Shown piece after piece: positions 12,757 to 26,447 of a stretch of 64,000 bases of DNA; the first letter of the stretch is position 1, and each line of letters starts with the position of its first letter. Source of the DNA: Eledone cirrhosa (taxonomy: Eukaryota); contig OZ024754.1 in NCBI GenBank assembly GCA_964016885.1, positions 27,218,001 to 27,282,000 on the forward strand, given 5' to 3'. Below the pieces are notes generated by a model. The model did no database searches, was not told the DNA's origin, and saw only the letters and a list, made by a program, of their open reading frames with translations. The translations under genes and the position numbers were made by a program.

Positions 12757-12937
12757 AATTGTTTCTACGTTAAGCACAAGGCCAGCAAATACCCAGTGCA
12801 TTACTGGTACTTTATTTTATCGACCCCGTAAGGATGAAAGTTAACCTTGGCGGGATTTGAACTCAGAATGGCAAGGGCCGTAACTCTATACGTCAAAGCA
12901 TGGCGTCCGACCCTCTACCAATACTGCCAATCCACCG
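12757..12937 (-). mobile_element. SINE family A
   Basis: Full alignment to 47788-47974. Confidence 0.9.
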
Positions 12938-13550
12938 GTGACGTCTCTGCGTAACAATGTGCAGCTAGATGGAAACAATGAAAGCAGATATGACTTTACT
13001 ATAGACAACGTAATATAAAATGTAATATAATTGAGTAAAACAGTTAAAATTGTTCCTCCGTGATCGATGATTGTAAGAGAGCGTAACGTTTAGGAGTTTA
13101 GGAGTCACATCAAACTCAACAAAGCGTTGTATGCTACATCTACTATCAGTAATAGTATAACAGTAGGGGCGGTATGGTAGTAGTAGGAGGGTGTAGTATG
13201 ATGAGAAGTCGGAGTAGAATATCATCTTTGTGTTCTAACAGTGAAATTGTTGCAGAGCATAGCTGAAAAGAAGGCAAATATTATCAGCTCAGAGCACATC
13301 TGCAAAGTCACCACTTTCACAATTACCTACTGAAACAATGAACGATTATAGCACAACCTGCTTGACTGGATCAATAAATAATTATTCACAAAAGTCAGAC
13401 TCTAGTATACACCATATTTCAATCAATGTCACATGTGAATGTAACATTATATGATACATTTACATATATACAATCCTGTAAATGCCAAATAAGTATAATA
13501 TACCCATGATCTTAACTATGTATGATATACATGGATATTTTATATATATA

Positions 13551-13918
13551 TGTACATATGGGTTTACCGAACATTTATTATAACGCTCGGTTTGTTTGTA
13601 AACAAACAGCCCAAATTATTAGCCGTACAGTGTTCGGCAACCATCGTTGCCATTTTGTTCAACACTGACAAAGGAATGATGAACTAATTTCTAGCTTATT
13701 AGCTGTCATCAGCACCGTATACCTTCCTGTCAGTTGATTGAACGCTTGAAAGTATATACTTTCCTTATGCATATTAACGGCTGAGTAGCCTAATTTGCAT
13801 ATCGAGTGAGTTAGACGGCCGGGCGTACCGAAAACGATAAATGGAAAAAATGAAATTTCATTTCTCACTCTTAGTACGGCTGATACTTAAATAAATGTTC
13901 GGTAAACCCATACGTACA
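13551..13918. mobile_element. MITE with ~29-bp TIRs and TA flanks (Tc1/mariner-like)
   Basis: tgtacatatgggtttaccgaacatttatt / aataaatgttcggtaaacccatacgtaca (1 mismatch); subterminal agccgtac/gtacggct. Confidence 0.75.
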
Positions 13919-14039
13919 TATATATATGTGTGCATGTATGTATGTATATACATACTACTGTACATCTGTATACATATATGTATGTACGTATACATACTTA
14001 TATTTATATATATATATATATACATAGATACTTAATATA

Positions 14040-14280
14040 GAAATGGCTTCTACCCGGACTAGAACTGTTTAATTCGGGAGGGCAATATGGTGGTATTTAT
14101 ACATTAGGAGTGCCTCTCAGTTTGTCTGTAGGTACTTAGCTTGAATTTTTTTCTGCCTTTGTTTCTCTAAATATAGTTTTTAAAGAATAGAAGCCATTTC
14201 ACTATTAAATACCTATACTCTGTTATGTATTGAGTACCTTACTTACTGTGGTTACCCCCGATTGAACCCGGGATTAACAC
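14040..14280. mobile_element. PLE-type terminus, family Y (diverged, inverted 5' part)
   Basis: gaaatggcttcta/tagaagccatttc inverted; ggactagaactgttt and gtattgagtaccttacttactgtggttacc shared with 60093-60272. Confidence 0.7.
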
Positions 14281-14293
14281 ACACACACACACG

Positions 14294-14350
<57 letters not shown>

Positions 14351-14360
14351 GGGTGGATAA

Positions 14361-14460
14361 AGAAGGGTGGAGGAAACGAGAAGGAGAAATGGAGGAAAGA
14401 GAGAGTGCTAGGCAGACAGACAGGAAGAGGAACAGAGCGAAAGCTAGAATGAGAGAGAGA

Positions 14461-14538
<78 letters not shown>

Positions 14539-14632
14539 CAACCCGAATATTTAACCGTTCATTTGCGACCTGGATTCGTTGAACGGCAAAGTTGATCTCG
14601 GCGGGATTTGAATTCTGTCCAACGTTCTAGCG

Positions 14633-14729
<97 letters not shown>

Positions 14730-14818
14730 TTCTAGCTTTCGCTCTCTTTCTCTTCCTGTCTGTCTGCCTAACACTCTCCCTCTCCTCCATTTCTCCTTCC
14801 CGTTTCCTCCACCCTTCT
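14361..14818. repeat. Purine-rich inverted repeat flanking a SINE A fragment
   Basis: 14361-14535 is the reverse complement of ~14633-14818 with a few mismatches; spacer contains ggcaaagttgatctcggcgggatttgaa. Confidence 0.85.
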
Positions 14819-15003
14819 CTCTTTCTTCCTCCCCCTCTTCTGGTTTGATCAGACCCGGAATGGGGTGGACTCCGCTAGATTCAATGTCACGACTGCGCGC
14901 TTATGACTGTATCAAGATTTAATTTACGGAATGAGCAAACAAAAACTCCCACAAGCCCACACACGTACACACGTACACGCGTACATACAGACGCAACCCC
15001 CCC

Positions 15004-15068
<65 letters not shown>

Positions 15069-15172
15069 CCGTTATAAGCATAGTAAACGTACAGCCATAT
15101 CAATATAAGCCAATCGTATATTTACATCACATACACATATTCATATAAACGCAAACACAACGGCACACATTC

Positions 15173-15207
<35 letters not shown>

Positions 15208-15524
15208 TAATAAAAATAATAAACTAAGTATTGCCCATTAACAATAATAAAACAGGAAATTATATAATTATTATTCTTTTATACTATTTCAATGATGGCT
15301 GCTCTGATAGAATATGAAGCTAACTCTTTTGATATCACAGAAAGACAGTATTCCTTATGGCTATCTAACTAGTTACTTGAACAAAAGATATAACAATGAC
15401 TGCTGTTCTATTGCCGTAATCGGTTACTCCATTGAAGCTATCACTAAAGACATTTGAGTTACTAAATTAGTTTATTTCTCGTCTCACTCTGGCAATTCTT
15501 CCTTCGTATATTTGTAGTTAATGT

Positions 15525-15715
15525 GAAGGCGCCCATCCTAGTGCTTAGAATGTTGCACCCACGTTTGTAATGACCATGGGTTTGATTCTCGGACCAGGTA
15601 GCGCGTTGTGTCATTGAGTAAAGCACATTTTTTGATGTCGCTCCAGTCTACTCAACTGGGAAATGTGATTAGCAGCAATAACTGGAGGTTAACCCTGTGA
15701 CGAACAGGCGTCCTG
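15525..15715 (+). mobile_element. Degenerate SINE family B
   Basis: gaaggcgc..., B-box-like gtttgattctc, gcgttgtgtcattgagtaaagcaca, gctccagtctactcaactgg. Confidence 0.6.
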
Positions 15716-16994
15716 CCTTGACTTCTCAGACACATATCGTCAGTAAAATTGGGTCAGGTCACGATCTGGTGAGCCCCTGGGCTTGGATCAGAAATGAACT
15801 TTCTTATATGCTTGTAGTAATAACGTTCTGATATGTTTATACACCCAAATATAGAGTTCGAAGACATTGAAGAAAGGTTGATAATTATGAAAGGGGGAGG
15901 AAATATATATTTGGACATAAATTCGGGAGCAGTTGTGTATCCAGTCATCTGGTAATCTAACAAAGCCGCTTTCGAGGTAGTTGAACCATGCAAATTATAG
16001 TTAGCTACATGGGTTGATAAACAGTCGATGTGTTAGAGAAATACAGATTAGTGGAATAACGATACAAATAACACAATGTTTACAGTGAGTTATTGGAGTG
16101 TTCTGAAGCAATCCTTCCACCAATGGGGCCTAAAACTGCTGATGGAATTGTACAGGCAACTTCGTGACACATGGCATATTTTGGGCATATCCCCAGGTCT
16201 GAACATAGCCTATTACTTCCAGAGAAGAGCCAGAGTGACAGACAAAGAGACAAACACACAGATAGTTAACCATAGAGAGGAATAATGGATTTCCTGTTCG
16301 GTAGTGATACTTTATTTATCAAACTTCGTAGTATGAATGACAAAGATAACCTTGATATGATTTGGCCTCAGAGGGCAGAGGGAAGGAACAAACACTGCAA
16401 ACATTGTTTCAGACGTTCTAACGATGTCACATAAACCATAGATCACACATACAAATAAGACCCACACGAACAAGATTATCTAAATGGGAAGAGCGTTAAT
16501 GAAACCTTGTTTCTAAATTGAAATATTTTGATGATTTTCAGTAAGAAACGTATGAATGATTTCAAACATGGTGGAATGGTGTTGATGCATTGAGAGAAGT
16601 CTAGAATTTCGAGGCACAAACATTCGTGAGAACATGTTTTATTTAGTCTCTTTAAGAATACATAGTGTTGCATTATTGAAAACGAAAAAAAAACAAACAA
16701 ACAAAAAAAAATTGGAAGTGATTAACGAAGTTGATATTTCGTAACTGTGAAACAATCATTACGATAAGGTAACACAGGTGTTTGTACAGGTTTTAATCTC
16801 AATCAATTTAATGAGAAGCAGGTCAAATTTATGTTTACGCTGCATTCAATAAAAAGTTAAAATAATTACTGATAGATTCAATTAAGTAGCTGAACATGAT
16901 TAAATCTGATACAAGTGAGCAATAGTTAAGTTGTGCCAACTTCGAATGAACAAACTACACTTTATGTATATATATATATATATATATATTTATA

Positions 16995-17152
16995 AGTCGT
17001 TTGGAAGCCTCGACAATGCAAATGGGTAAATATCTCCGGGTAACAGGGTCCGGTGGAGGAGAGAGAGATATGTAAGTGGGTGTACGTTGAGATGCGTGGT
17101 GTGTATAAGATGTGTGAGATGTGTAGAATGAAGGAAAGAGTGAAAGGGTAAA

Positions 17153-17158
<6 letters not shown>
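16995..17158 (-). mobile_element. Family Z repeat copy
   Basis: Homologous to 9774-9910 (caatgca.atgggtaaat...cgggtaacag...gagagaga); flanked by (TA)n. Confidence 0.7.
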
Positions 17159-17190
<32 letters not shown>

Positions 17191-17195
17191 GTATG

Positions 17196-17286
<91 letters not shown>

Positions 17287-17293
17287 GTATATA

Positions 17294-17390
<97 letters not shown>

Positions 17391-17392
<2 letters not shown>

Positions 17393-17521
17393 ACGAAGGA
17401 GGTGTGGTAAGAGGAACCAGATGGTCCATAACGCACCAGAGTACTCAATACTTAGGGTAGTAGGAAATAGGGTAATAGGAAAATGTTTGACCCCGACGGC
17501 AGAGCTCAAGCCATTTCGACG
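17391..17521 (-). mobile_element. Family X copy without hairpin
   Basis: taacgaagga...ccataacgcaccagagtactcaatacttagggtag...ccccgacggcagagctcaagccatttcgacg. Confidence 0.85.
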
Positions 17522-17525
17522 CAAT

Positions 17526-17752
17526 AAAAGCGCTACCTAAGGTTTCAAGGTACATTATTGATTATATCTCCAGAATGTAAGAGAGATCAAAATTGTGACT
17601 TAATTTTCAGCCGCTTATATGAGTTTTATAAGTAATTTCGTGTAAACTTATAAACACGAATAAGCGCCTGATGATTAGGTCGCTATTTCGAACCCTTGTA
17701 CATTCTGGAGATATGGTCAATATTGGGCCTTGAAACCTTAGGTAACGCTTTT
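17526..17752. mobile_element. Imperfect ~225-bp palindrome, MITE-like
   Basis: aaaagcgctacctaaggtttcaagg...atatctccagaatgta / tacattctggagatat...ccttgaaaccttaggtaacgctttt. Confidence 0.75.
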
Positions 17753-17911
17753 CTTCCGTATATTAACATAGATAAATAATATATTTCAGCTCTCTTCCCG
17801 ATTGAGCAATGTTTTCCTTTTCCATACGACTGGTATTGCTACTCAATCACACACACACACACGTATTTATCTTACCAATGAAAATAGTGAACTATAAATA
17901 CACGAATTACT

Positions 17912-17984
<73 letters not shown>

Positions 17985-17988
<4 letters not shown>

Positions 17989-18190
17989 AGTAAGTAAGAC
18001 CCCGACGGCTGAGCTCAAGCCGTTTCGACGGCTAATTCTGTACTTCTAAGAGTACAGAATTAGCCGTCGAAACGGCTTGAGCTCAGCCGTCGGGGTCTTA
18101 CTTACTCCTATTACCCACTCTACTACCCTAAGTATTGAGTACTTTGGTGCGTTATGGTCCAGTTGGTTCCTTAACACTTTTCCTTCGCTA
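17985..18190 (+). mobile_element. Family X hairpin element (perfect 60-bp arms plus ~80-bp tail) in (TA)n
   Basis: 17985-18044 is the exact reverse complement of 18051-18110; contains hammerhead 3' half GAAAcggct-tgagctc-agccgTC/ggggtc. Confidence 0.9.
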
Positions 18191-18385
18191 TATATATATA
18201 TATATATATATATATAGCGAAGGAAAAGTGTATATATGTATATATATCTATGTATATGTATATATATACGTATATATGTATGAATATATATATATATATA
18301 TATATTCATACATATATACGTATATATATACATATACATAGATATATATACATATACATACTTATACATATAAACATATATATAC

Positions 18386-18478
<93 letters not shown>

Positions 18479-18545
18479 TACATATATACATATATATATA
18501 CATATACATATATATATATACATATACATACATATACATATAAAC

Positions 18546-18619
<74 letters not shown>

Positions 18620-18754
18620 GTGAGGTTTTTTTTTTTTACAAAATGAAAAATAACTGAGGTGTCCTACACGAGTGAAAGTATAAAGAAAAAGTGATGAAAT
18701 CGAAAATGCAACTGAAGTCTTATTTTTAAAAAAAATATATATATTTATTTGGTT

Positions 18755-18792
18755 CCTTTACCGGTTTCGCAGTTCTTCTGCTTTTCAAAAGG
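18755..18792 (-). ncRNA. Minimal type I hammerhead ribozyme, U3-A8 variant
   Basis: Minus strand: cctt TTGAAAA gcag-aagaa-ctgc GAAA ccgg TA aagg; stems I and II pair; palindromic ACCGGT stem III. Confidence 0.65.
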
Positions 18793-18823
18793 TGAGTTGA
18801 GATGGAGGGTCTGTGGTTTTTCT

Positions 18824-18873
<50 letters not shown>

Positions 18874-18950
18874 TACATATATACGTATATATATACATAT
18901 ACATAGATATATATACATATACATACATATACATATAAACATATATATAC

Positions 18951-19077
<127 letters not shown>

Positions 19078-19593
19078 TACATGTATACATATACATACAT
19101 ACATATCTCTTGTGACGCTAAAGTCCGCCAGTTGCAGACTGCGCAATAACATGTGATAATTCTCTCCACAAAGTTCGATCACCAGTAGCAGAGTTGAAAG
19201 AGATACATATACATACATACATACATACATACATCTATGTATGTCATGTAGGAGAGACCATTCTCCCAGAGTATATTTAAATAGACTGAAATAATGAATA
19301 TGGAAGTAAGTATTCGAAATAAGATCAAGAGATTTAGTTATCAAGTTGAAACTTATCTGGTTTCATTTCTTCTTCTCTGAAAGATTAAAAAACACTTTGT
19401 CTCTGCAGATTGAAGAATGATTAATAACATGAACACACGAAGAATCCCCTCTTCTGCTGTTATCCAAGATTGAATGGGTTGTAGACAATAAAATATCCGC
19501 CTGAGGGAGAAGGACAAAAGGAGACAGTGTATGGAGCAGGAGAGAGAATAAAAAAGTTGAGAGCGGTATGCACTATACACACACACGCACACG

Positions 19594-19663
<70 letters not shown>

Positions 19664-19748
19664 GTGTCCCAAAACCATGTATACCCATATTTATTAGAAT
19701 GATGTTGAAGTGTGTATTCATTTTTGGACACACATACGCACACACACA

Positions 19749-19880
<132 letters not shown>

Positions 19881-20244
19881 ATATATATATATATATATAT
19901 ACATTTATATATATGTGTGTATGTGTGCGTGTATTGAGAGAGAGAGAGAGAGAGAGAAAGCTGGCTATAAAAAATACCCAGGAATATTAAATATATAGAG
20001 AGAGCATGAGGTAACAGAAATAGAGAAACAGTTGTTGTTGAGCCTCCGTCACTTCCGACGAAGATTATTCTAGTTTTTTTGATCAACGGAAAAACCTGGT
20101 AATGAAACTAGTGTGCCAGTGGCTGGGCATTCACAGACGCCTATTCCTTTGAAATAAATTCTCCGAGAGATTTAGTGTGACTGTGTGACAAGGCTGGCTA
20201 TTTGAATTACTGTCATAGTATACAATATTATACAATATTATATG

Positions 20245-20434
20245 AGGGCGGTGGATTGGCAGTATCGGTAGAGGGTCGGACGCCATGCTTTCCAGCATAG
20301 TTACGTCCCTTTACGATCTGAGTTCAAATCCCGCCGAGGTTGACTTTGCCTTTCATCCTTACGGGGTCGATAAAATAAAGTACCAGTAATGCACTGAGTA
20401 ATTGCTGGCCTTGTGCCTAAAGTAGAAACAATTA
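20245..20434 (+). mobile_element. SINE family A, full length, with 16-bp TSD
   Basis: A and B boxes present; attatacaatattata at 20227-20242 and 20431-20446. Confidence 0.92.
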
Positions 20435-21733
20435 TACAATATTATAGGACAAGTCATTGCATATTTCATGAGAAGGCCTGTCATTTGTATTACAGGTACA
20501 ACTGTTTGTCTTTTTAAAGCTGAGTGGACTAATGTGTTCGATCGTGGACTCCGTGCAATGTCGGGAAAGGAACTCATGAAACATTGAAATCGTGAGCTGA
20601 GCACCCTAATCACCAAGCCTTCGGATAAAGAAGATGAACGCGTGAGAGATATGAAAGTAAAGGTAGAGAATGAGAAAAAATAAAATTTCTTGTGATTTTT
20701 GAAAGACAAAAAAAAAAGCCATGATGATTCTAGAATATCACTATCATGATAAATGCAAATCTCCAAAGCTATTAGTTATTCTGGTAGCACATATAGAAAA
20801 GAGATGTATTCCAACCTATTAATTTAAATGAATTTTGACACAAGCATTCATTCATCATTACCAACAATGTCATCATTCACTACCACTTAAGAGAACCAAC
20901 CAATCACTGTTGTTTGCTGACACCATCAACAAGCACAACCGAGACTTGAAATGGTGTGTAGATTAGGGGTGTCGAGCTCATCGTCGTAAAGTCACGAGTT
21001 CGATTCCTCGGGTGAGCGGTGCATTGTCTCCTTGAGCAACACACTTTACTTTTTCAAATAGTTCCAATAGCTGGAAATGATGAGTTCTGTCGACTCTAGA
21101 GTCAGGTAGTATCGATCTTTCAATTGGACAACATAATATATAGTGCAGAGAATTAGCATATAGTGTATACATAATGCGTATGTAGTGTATATATAGGGTA
21201 TATATGAGTTGTGTCGACACTGATACAAAGATCTATCCATCTTTATTTTTCTTTCCCTCGGACAACATATGTGACCTGAAATGGAGGAACCTACATACAA
21301 CTGCTAATCTTGCACAAACCACATTATACAGGAATGCAGGATGGTGAGGAACTTTCCAGCTGCAAACTCATGGCCAGTCAGGAGAAATATAAATATTTAT
21401 ACAGGCGCAGACATAACTATGTGGCTAACGATTTCGATTAACGAAATCTTTTTGTGGCGGTAACACTGCATGCCATGAGTCCTGTGAGGGAAATCAGAAT
21501 AACAGAATGCAGGTGATTTCAAAGGTTGAAACTGGAAGGAGAAATTCCGAGTAGCGACTCAGCTGTGGTTGAATATTATTTCACACATTTTAGAGTATTA
21601 AGCGCAAGATTCGCCAAAGCAGTTACTGTGAAGGTATGCACTTCTTTTGTTTGCGTTTGTACGTACGTATGTATCTTTGTATGAATGTATGTATACATAT
21701 ATATATAATCTTATATATAAATATATATATATG

Positions 21734-21828
<95 letters not shown>

Positions 21829-21867
21829 TTATATATATATGTATGTATATATATATATACACACACA

Positions 21868-21898
<31 letters not shown>

Positions 21899-22033
21899 AC
21901 ATATATATTATTTTAATTAACATTCACTTTTTACAGTATCTTTATCCCCGTGATTACTCCAGATAACGTTTGGCATTTGTAAGATTTCGTAGAAAATCTC
22001 ATATCTCAATTACAAAATAGGATTAGCTGAGAA

Positions 22034-22084
<51 letters not shown>

Positions 22085-22566
22085 CTGTGTGTGTGTACAT
22101 GAATAACCCCTCTCACACACAAACACTCCTCCTGAATGTGTCTGAGAGAGATTATGGTTAATATTAGTCTTTTGTAGCTAGTAAAATGTTAGATTTAGTG
22201 CAGAAAAAAATCAATAATTTATTTTGGAATAACCTAGATTGTTTGAGAGTAAAACAGAAATTGCCATTCCTAACTGCAATTTTACTAACCCACCAAAAAC
22301 ATTCTACATACACTGATGTTATCAGTTGATATCGTTGAGACGTCATTTGTTTGTTTTAGAATCTATTATTGTGGGTATTTTGCGCACAAACTGGCGAAGG
22401 TATTGTTGTGGCGGTTAAGAATTCTTTTTGCAAACAAAACGTTTCGGGTTCCCATCTCACTGCGTGAAGCTTTGGATAAGTCTCCTCTACTATTGGCCCA
22501 GGTTGACAAACTCCTTAAGAGTTAGACACTGCGTAGAAGCACGTCCTATACATATATATATATATA

Positions 22567-22599
<33 letters not shown>

Positions 22600-22607
22600 G
22601 TGTGTGT

Positions 22608-22670
<63 letters not shown>

Positions 22671-22671
22671 G

Positions 22672-22710
<39 letters not shown>

Positions 22711-22829
22711 CACACCCACACACATATATATGTATAGCACATGCTTCTACGCAGTGTGTATATATATCAGAATAAATCAGAATGGAGGCGGTACTCACGA
22801 GATTCATCGATACATGGGATCATGAATTT

Positions 22830-22943
<114 letters not shown>

Positions 22944-23093
22944 ATATATATAAAATTCAAGTGAGAAAAATACTATTTATAGGAGTAAAAACCAGATAGA
23001 CAAGTACTCTCATAAAGAGAAAAGAGAAGTTTTTCTCAAATGCTTCTCTGAGTGATTCCACTCACTGAGTATTTGAGACTAATTAAGCTTTGA

Positions 23094-23165
<72 letters not shown>

Positions 23166-23473
23166 GTTATTATATATATTCAGTTATTAGGAGTATTCCA
23201 AAGCTTGGTAGAACAAGTTGTGAGGAAAGTTCTCAACATACGTTAAGGTGACTCGACAGGTTGGTAGGGATTCTGTAGTGGAAACACGAACAAACGAAGG
23301 TAAACAGTTACATTCCAACTTTGTATTTTGAAAATTCGGATGCCACAGTATCTTTCTTGATTGCCTATTATAACATAGTGTAGCAATAATGGACTGAAAT
23401 TCTAATGAAACAATTGTTAATACGTGGATTAAATTCTTTTGTAACTGTTTACCTTCGTCCTATTTCTCTTCTT

Positions 23474-23534
<61 letters not shown>

Positions 23535-23747
23535 CGTGTGTGTGTGTGTATATATATGTAATAGTAAAATAACGAGGAAGTTTCGTTTACATATAAAAGT
23601 TATTTATTGTGTATCGTATGTTAACGAAACTATTTCTTTCTTTTATATACACTCTGCCTGTGCATAAAGTCGTTGATTTCGTACCGACACGAGTAATTCA
23701 CTGAACCATCTACACTATATAAATATATATATATATATGTATATATA

Positions 23748-23854
<107 letters not shown>

Positions 23855-24446
23855 ACGATGTATGACCATCTGAAGAAAGATGAGTAATTTGATGTCTCAT
23901 GTATTCTAGAGATATATTTTTGCCTAGAAACTTTGAGTTACGCCTTTTTCCGTAAATAATGCAATATAGTATAATATAATATAAGTGGGGTTAGGTGAGT
24001 GTATTTGTGTACGCCTGTGAACTTATGTATATGGGAATCTTTGCATCTGCATCCCAAGTTTTGACAAAACAAGATGAACAAGACCAGTAACAGACGATCT
24101 GCTCCTTTCATTTCCTTCCTAAACAATCTTCATAATTCTATTTCTATAATGTTACCTTCTTCTAATCAGAGTTTTATTCAAATCACACATATAGTTATTC
24201 TTAGATACTAGAACGGCATATGATTGTGTGTCTATTCGGAAGACGAAGATGAAACGAACTACGAAGATTTAAATATCCAGCTAAGGCAGACGACCTTAAA
24301 CATTAATGCTAGATTTTCGTTTAATGGGATAGCTGATTTTTTAATGCAGTTTTAACGTAGATATCTTGATTCCTTTTCTTGTCTAACAAAGTATTTGGTT
24401 TCTGTAACATACCACTTTTAATACAAGATAGGATACACACATACAC

Positions 24447-24592
<146 letters not shown>

Positions 24593-24664
24593 ACGCAAAC
24601 ACACACTTTCTATGTATATGTGCGCATGTAGTTATATATGAATACATATATGCTTATATATATT

Positions 24665-24718
<54 letters not shown>

Positions 24719-25419
24719 ACATATATATGTATGTATGTGAGTGTGTATGTGTGTATGTATGAGTGTGTGATAAACATTTATGTGTGTATATATATATACA
24801 TATACAAAAATTTATACATATATATATATATACAAAATTTATACATATATATATAAACATTGGTTAGAACAACTTGGCATTAAGTTGGACATTGGAATCG
24901 GAGTTAATGGTTGTTGATATTAGATGTCCAGGAAATCTTTTGAAAGTACTTTATGGAAAAATGGTAATTCTTAGTGCATTTCCATTCACCGTGGATTAAT
25001 ACGTTATGTTTATAGGAATACACTTGAAATGGCATTGGAAACTTATCGGAACATATTAACATGGTACTCTCGAGAAGAAGAAAAAAATGACATTTAACCT
25101 CGCAGATCAATCAACTACTGCCTCAGTTTTCCTATAATGTCCAATAATGGGAGGAATAGGAATAGTTATAGAAATGTATAGACTACCGTATAGTGATAGA
25201 TACGAGATTTTAGAAGACATAACAATCAACTGTGATTAAGCAAATTCCTTCGTAACAGTAAGATGCAGTTCAGATATTCGATAATAGATATTTCAAAGGA
25301 GCATGTCTTACTACAGCGGCGAATTGACCGAGTCGTTAGAGCGTCGCAGTAATTGTGTTTCTATTTGTTTCTGGTCATTCTCACTACAAATCTCTCCGAG
25401 GTCAAGCTTTAAAAAAGGC

Positions 25420-25544
25420 TTCTTCTTCTTCTTCTTCTTCTTCTTCTTCTTCTTCTTCTTCTTCTTCTTCTTCTTCTTCTTCTTCTTCTTCTTCTTCTTC
25501 TTCTTCTTCTTCTTCTTCTTCTTCGGGGGGGGGGGGGGGGGGGG
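25420..25544 (+). repeat. (TTC)n microsatellite followed by a poly-G run
   Basis: Seen directly. Confidence 0.95.
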
Positions 25545-25782
25545 TCTTGTCAGAAGCAACCGTCTCCAACTGCTCCGGTTGAATCAACAACATCAGCAAC
25601 AATCACATATTTGTGAAATTTGCCTAAAGGCATAACTTGTCTCTATTAGTATTGTTGTGTCCCTGTTTGCACTGGAATGAAAAGTATCGACCCTAAAAAT
25701 ACCGAAACTGCAGTGAATTCCTGGCTGACTGAAGAGATGCATATATATGCATATATATGCATATATATGCATATATATGCAT

Positions 25783-25880
25783 ATATATACTTAAAAATAA
25801 CCATATATACATAAATCCATATATATATATATATATGGATATATGGATTTATGTATATATGGTTATTTTTAAGTATATAT
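25783..25880. repeat. AT-rich palindrome centred on a TA tract
   Basis: acttaaaaataaccatatatacataaatccat / atggatttatgtatatatggttatttttaagt. Confidence 0.85.
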
Positions 25881-26370
25881 TTATATGCATATATATGCAT
25901 ACATACACACACACACATATAATTATGTGTGCATGTGCGTGAGTGTGCGTGTGTGTGTAGGTGTGTGTATTTTTGTATAGTCTTTTTATCATCTCAATCC
26001 TATTTCTGTATCACATTTCAAACACGATATTTAAGTACACTTTATGGAACATACACTCTCTATTGATCGATCTGTATGTTTAGAAAAATGTTCGGAAATG
26101 AAAGCCGAATACGATCATACTACTTTCGTTCACCTATATTATGAGACCATTAATAGAACAATATATATCAAGGTATCTCTTAATGGAAGCCTATAATTTT
26201 ATTTGATTAAAATTTATTTTCACGTTTCGTTTGATTTGTGCTTTACTTCTCTACAGTTTTCGATATCGGTCTCATTTGCAGATTAATATGTTTTATTTGT
26301 AAGGTGGTGTTCAGTGTTATTTGTTATCCGTTGTGTATCTAACCATTCTATCTATCATTAGCACTAGGTG

Positions 26371-26447
<77 letters not shown>

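Noticed and set aside
13215-13335. Possible exon after acceptor-like ctaacag
   Set aside because: Short open frame ending in a stop, with no homology or donor evidence.
17660-17750. CTGATGA...GAAA inside the 17526 palindrome as a hammerhead
   Set aside because: Stems I and II cannot be formed convincingly; the words are explained by the palindrome arms.
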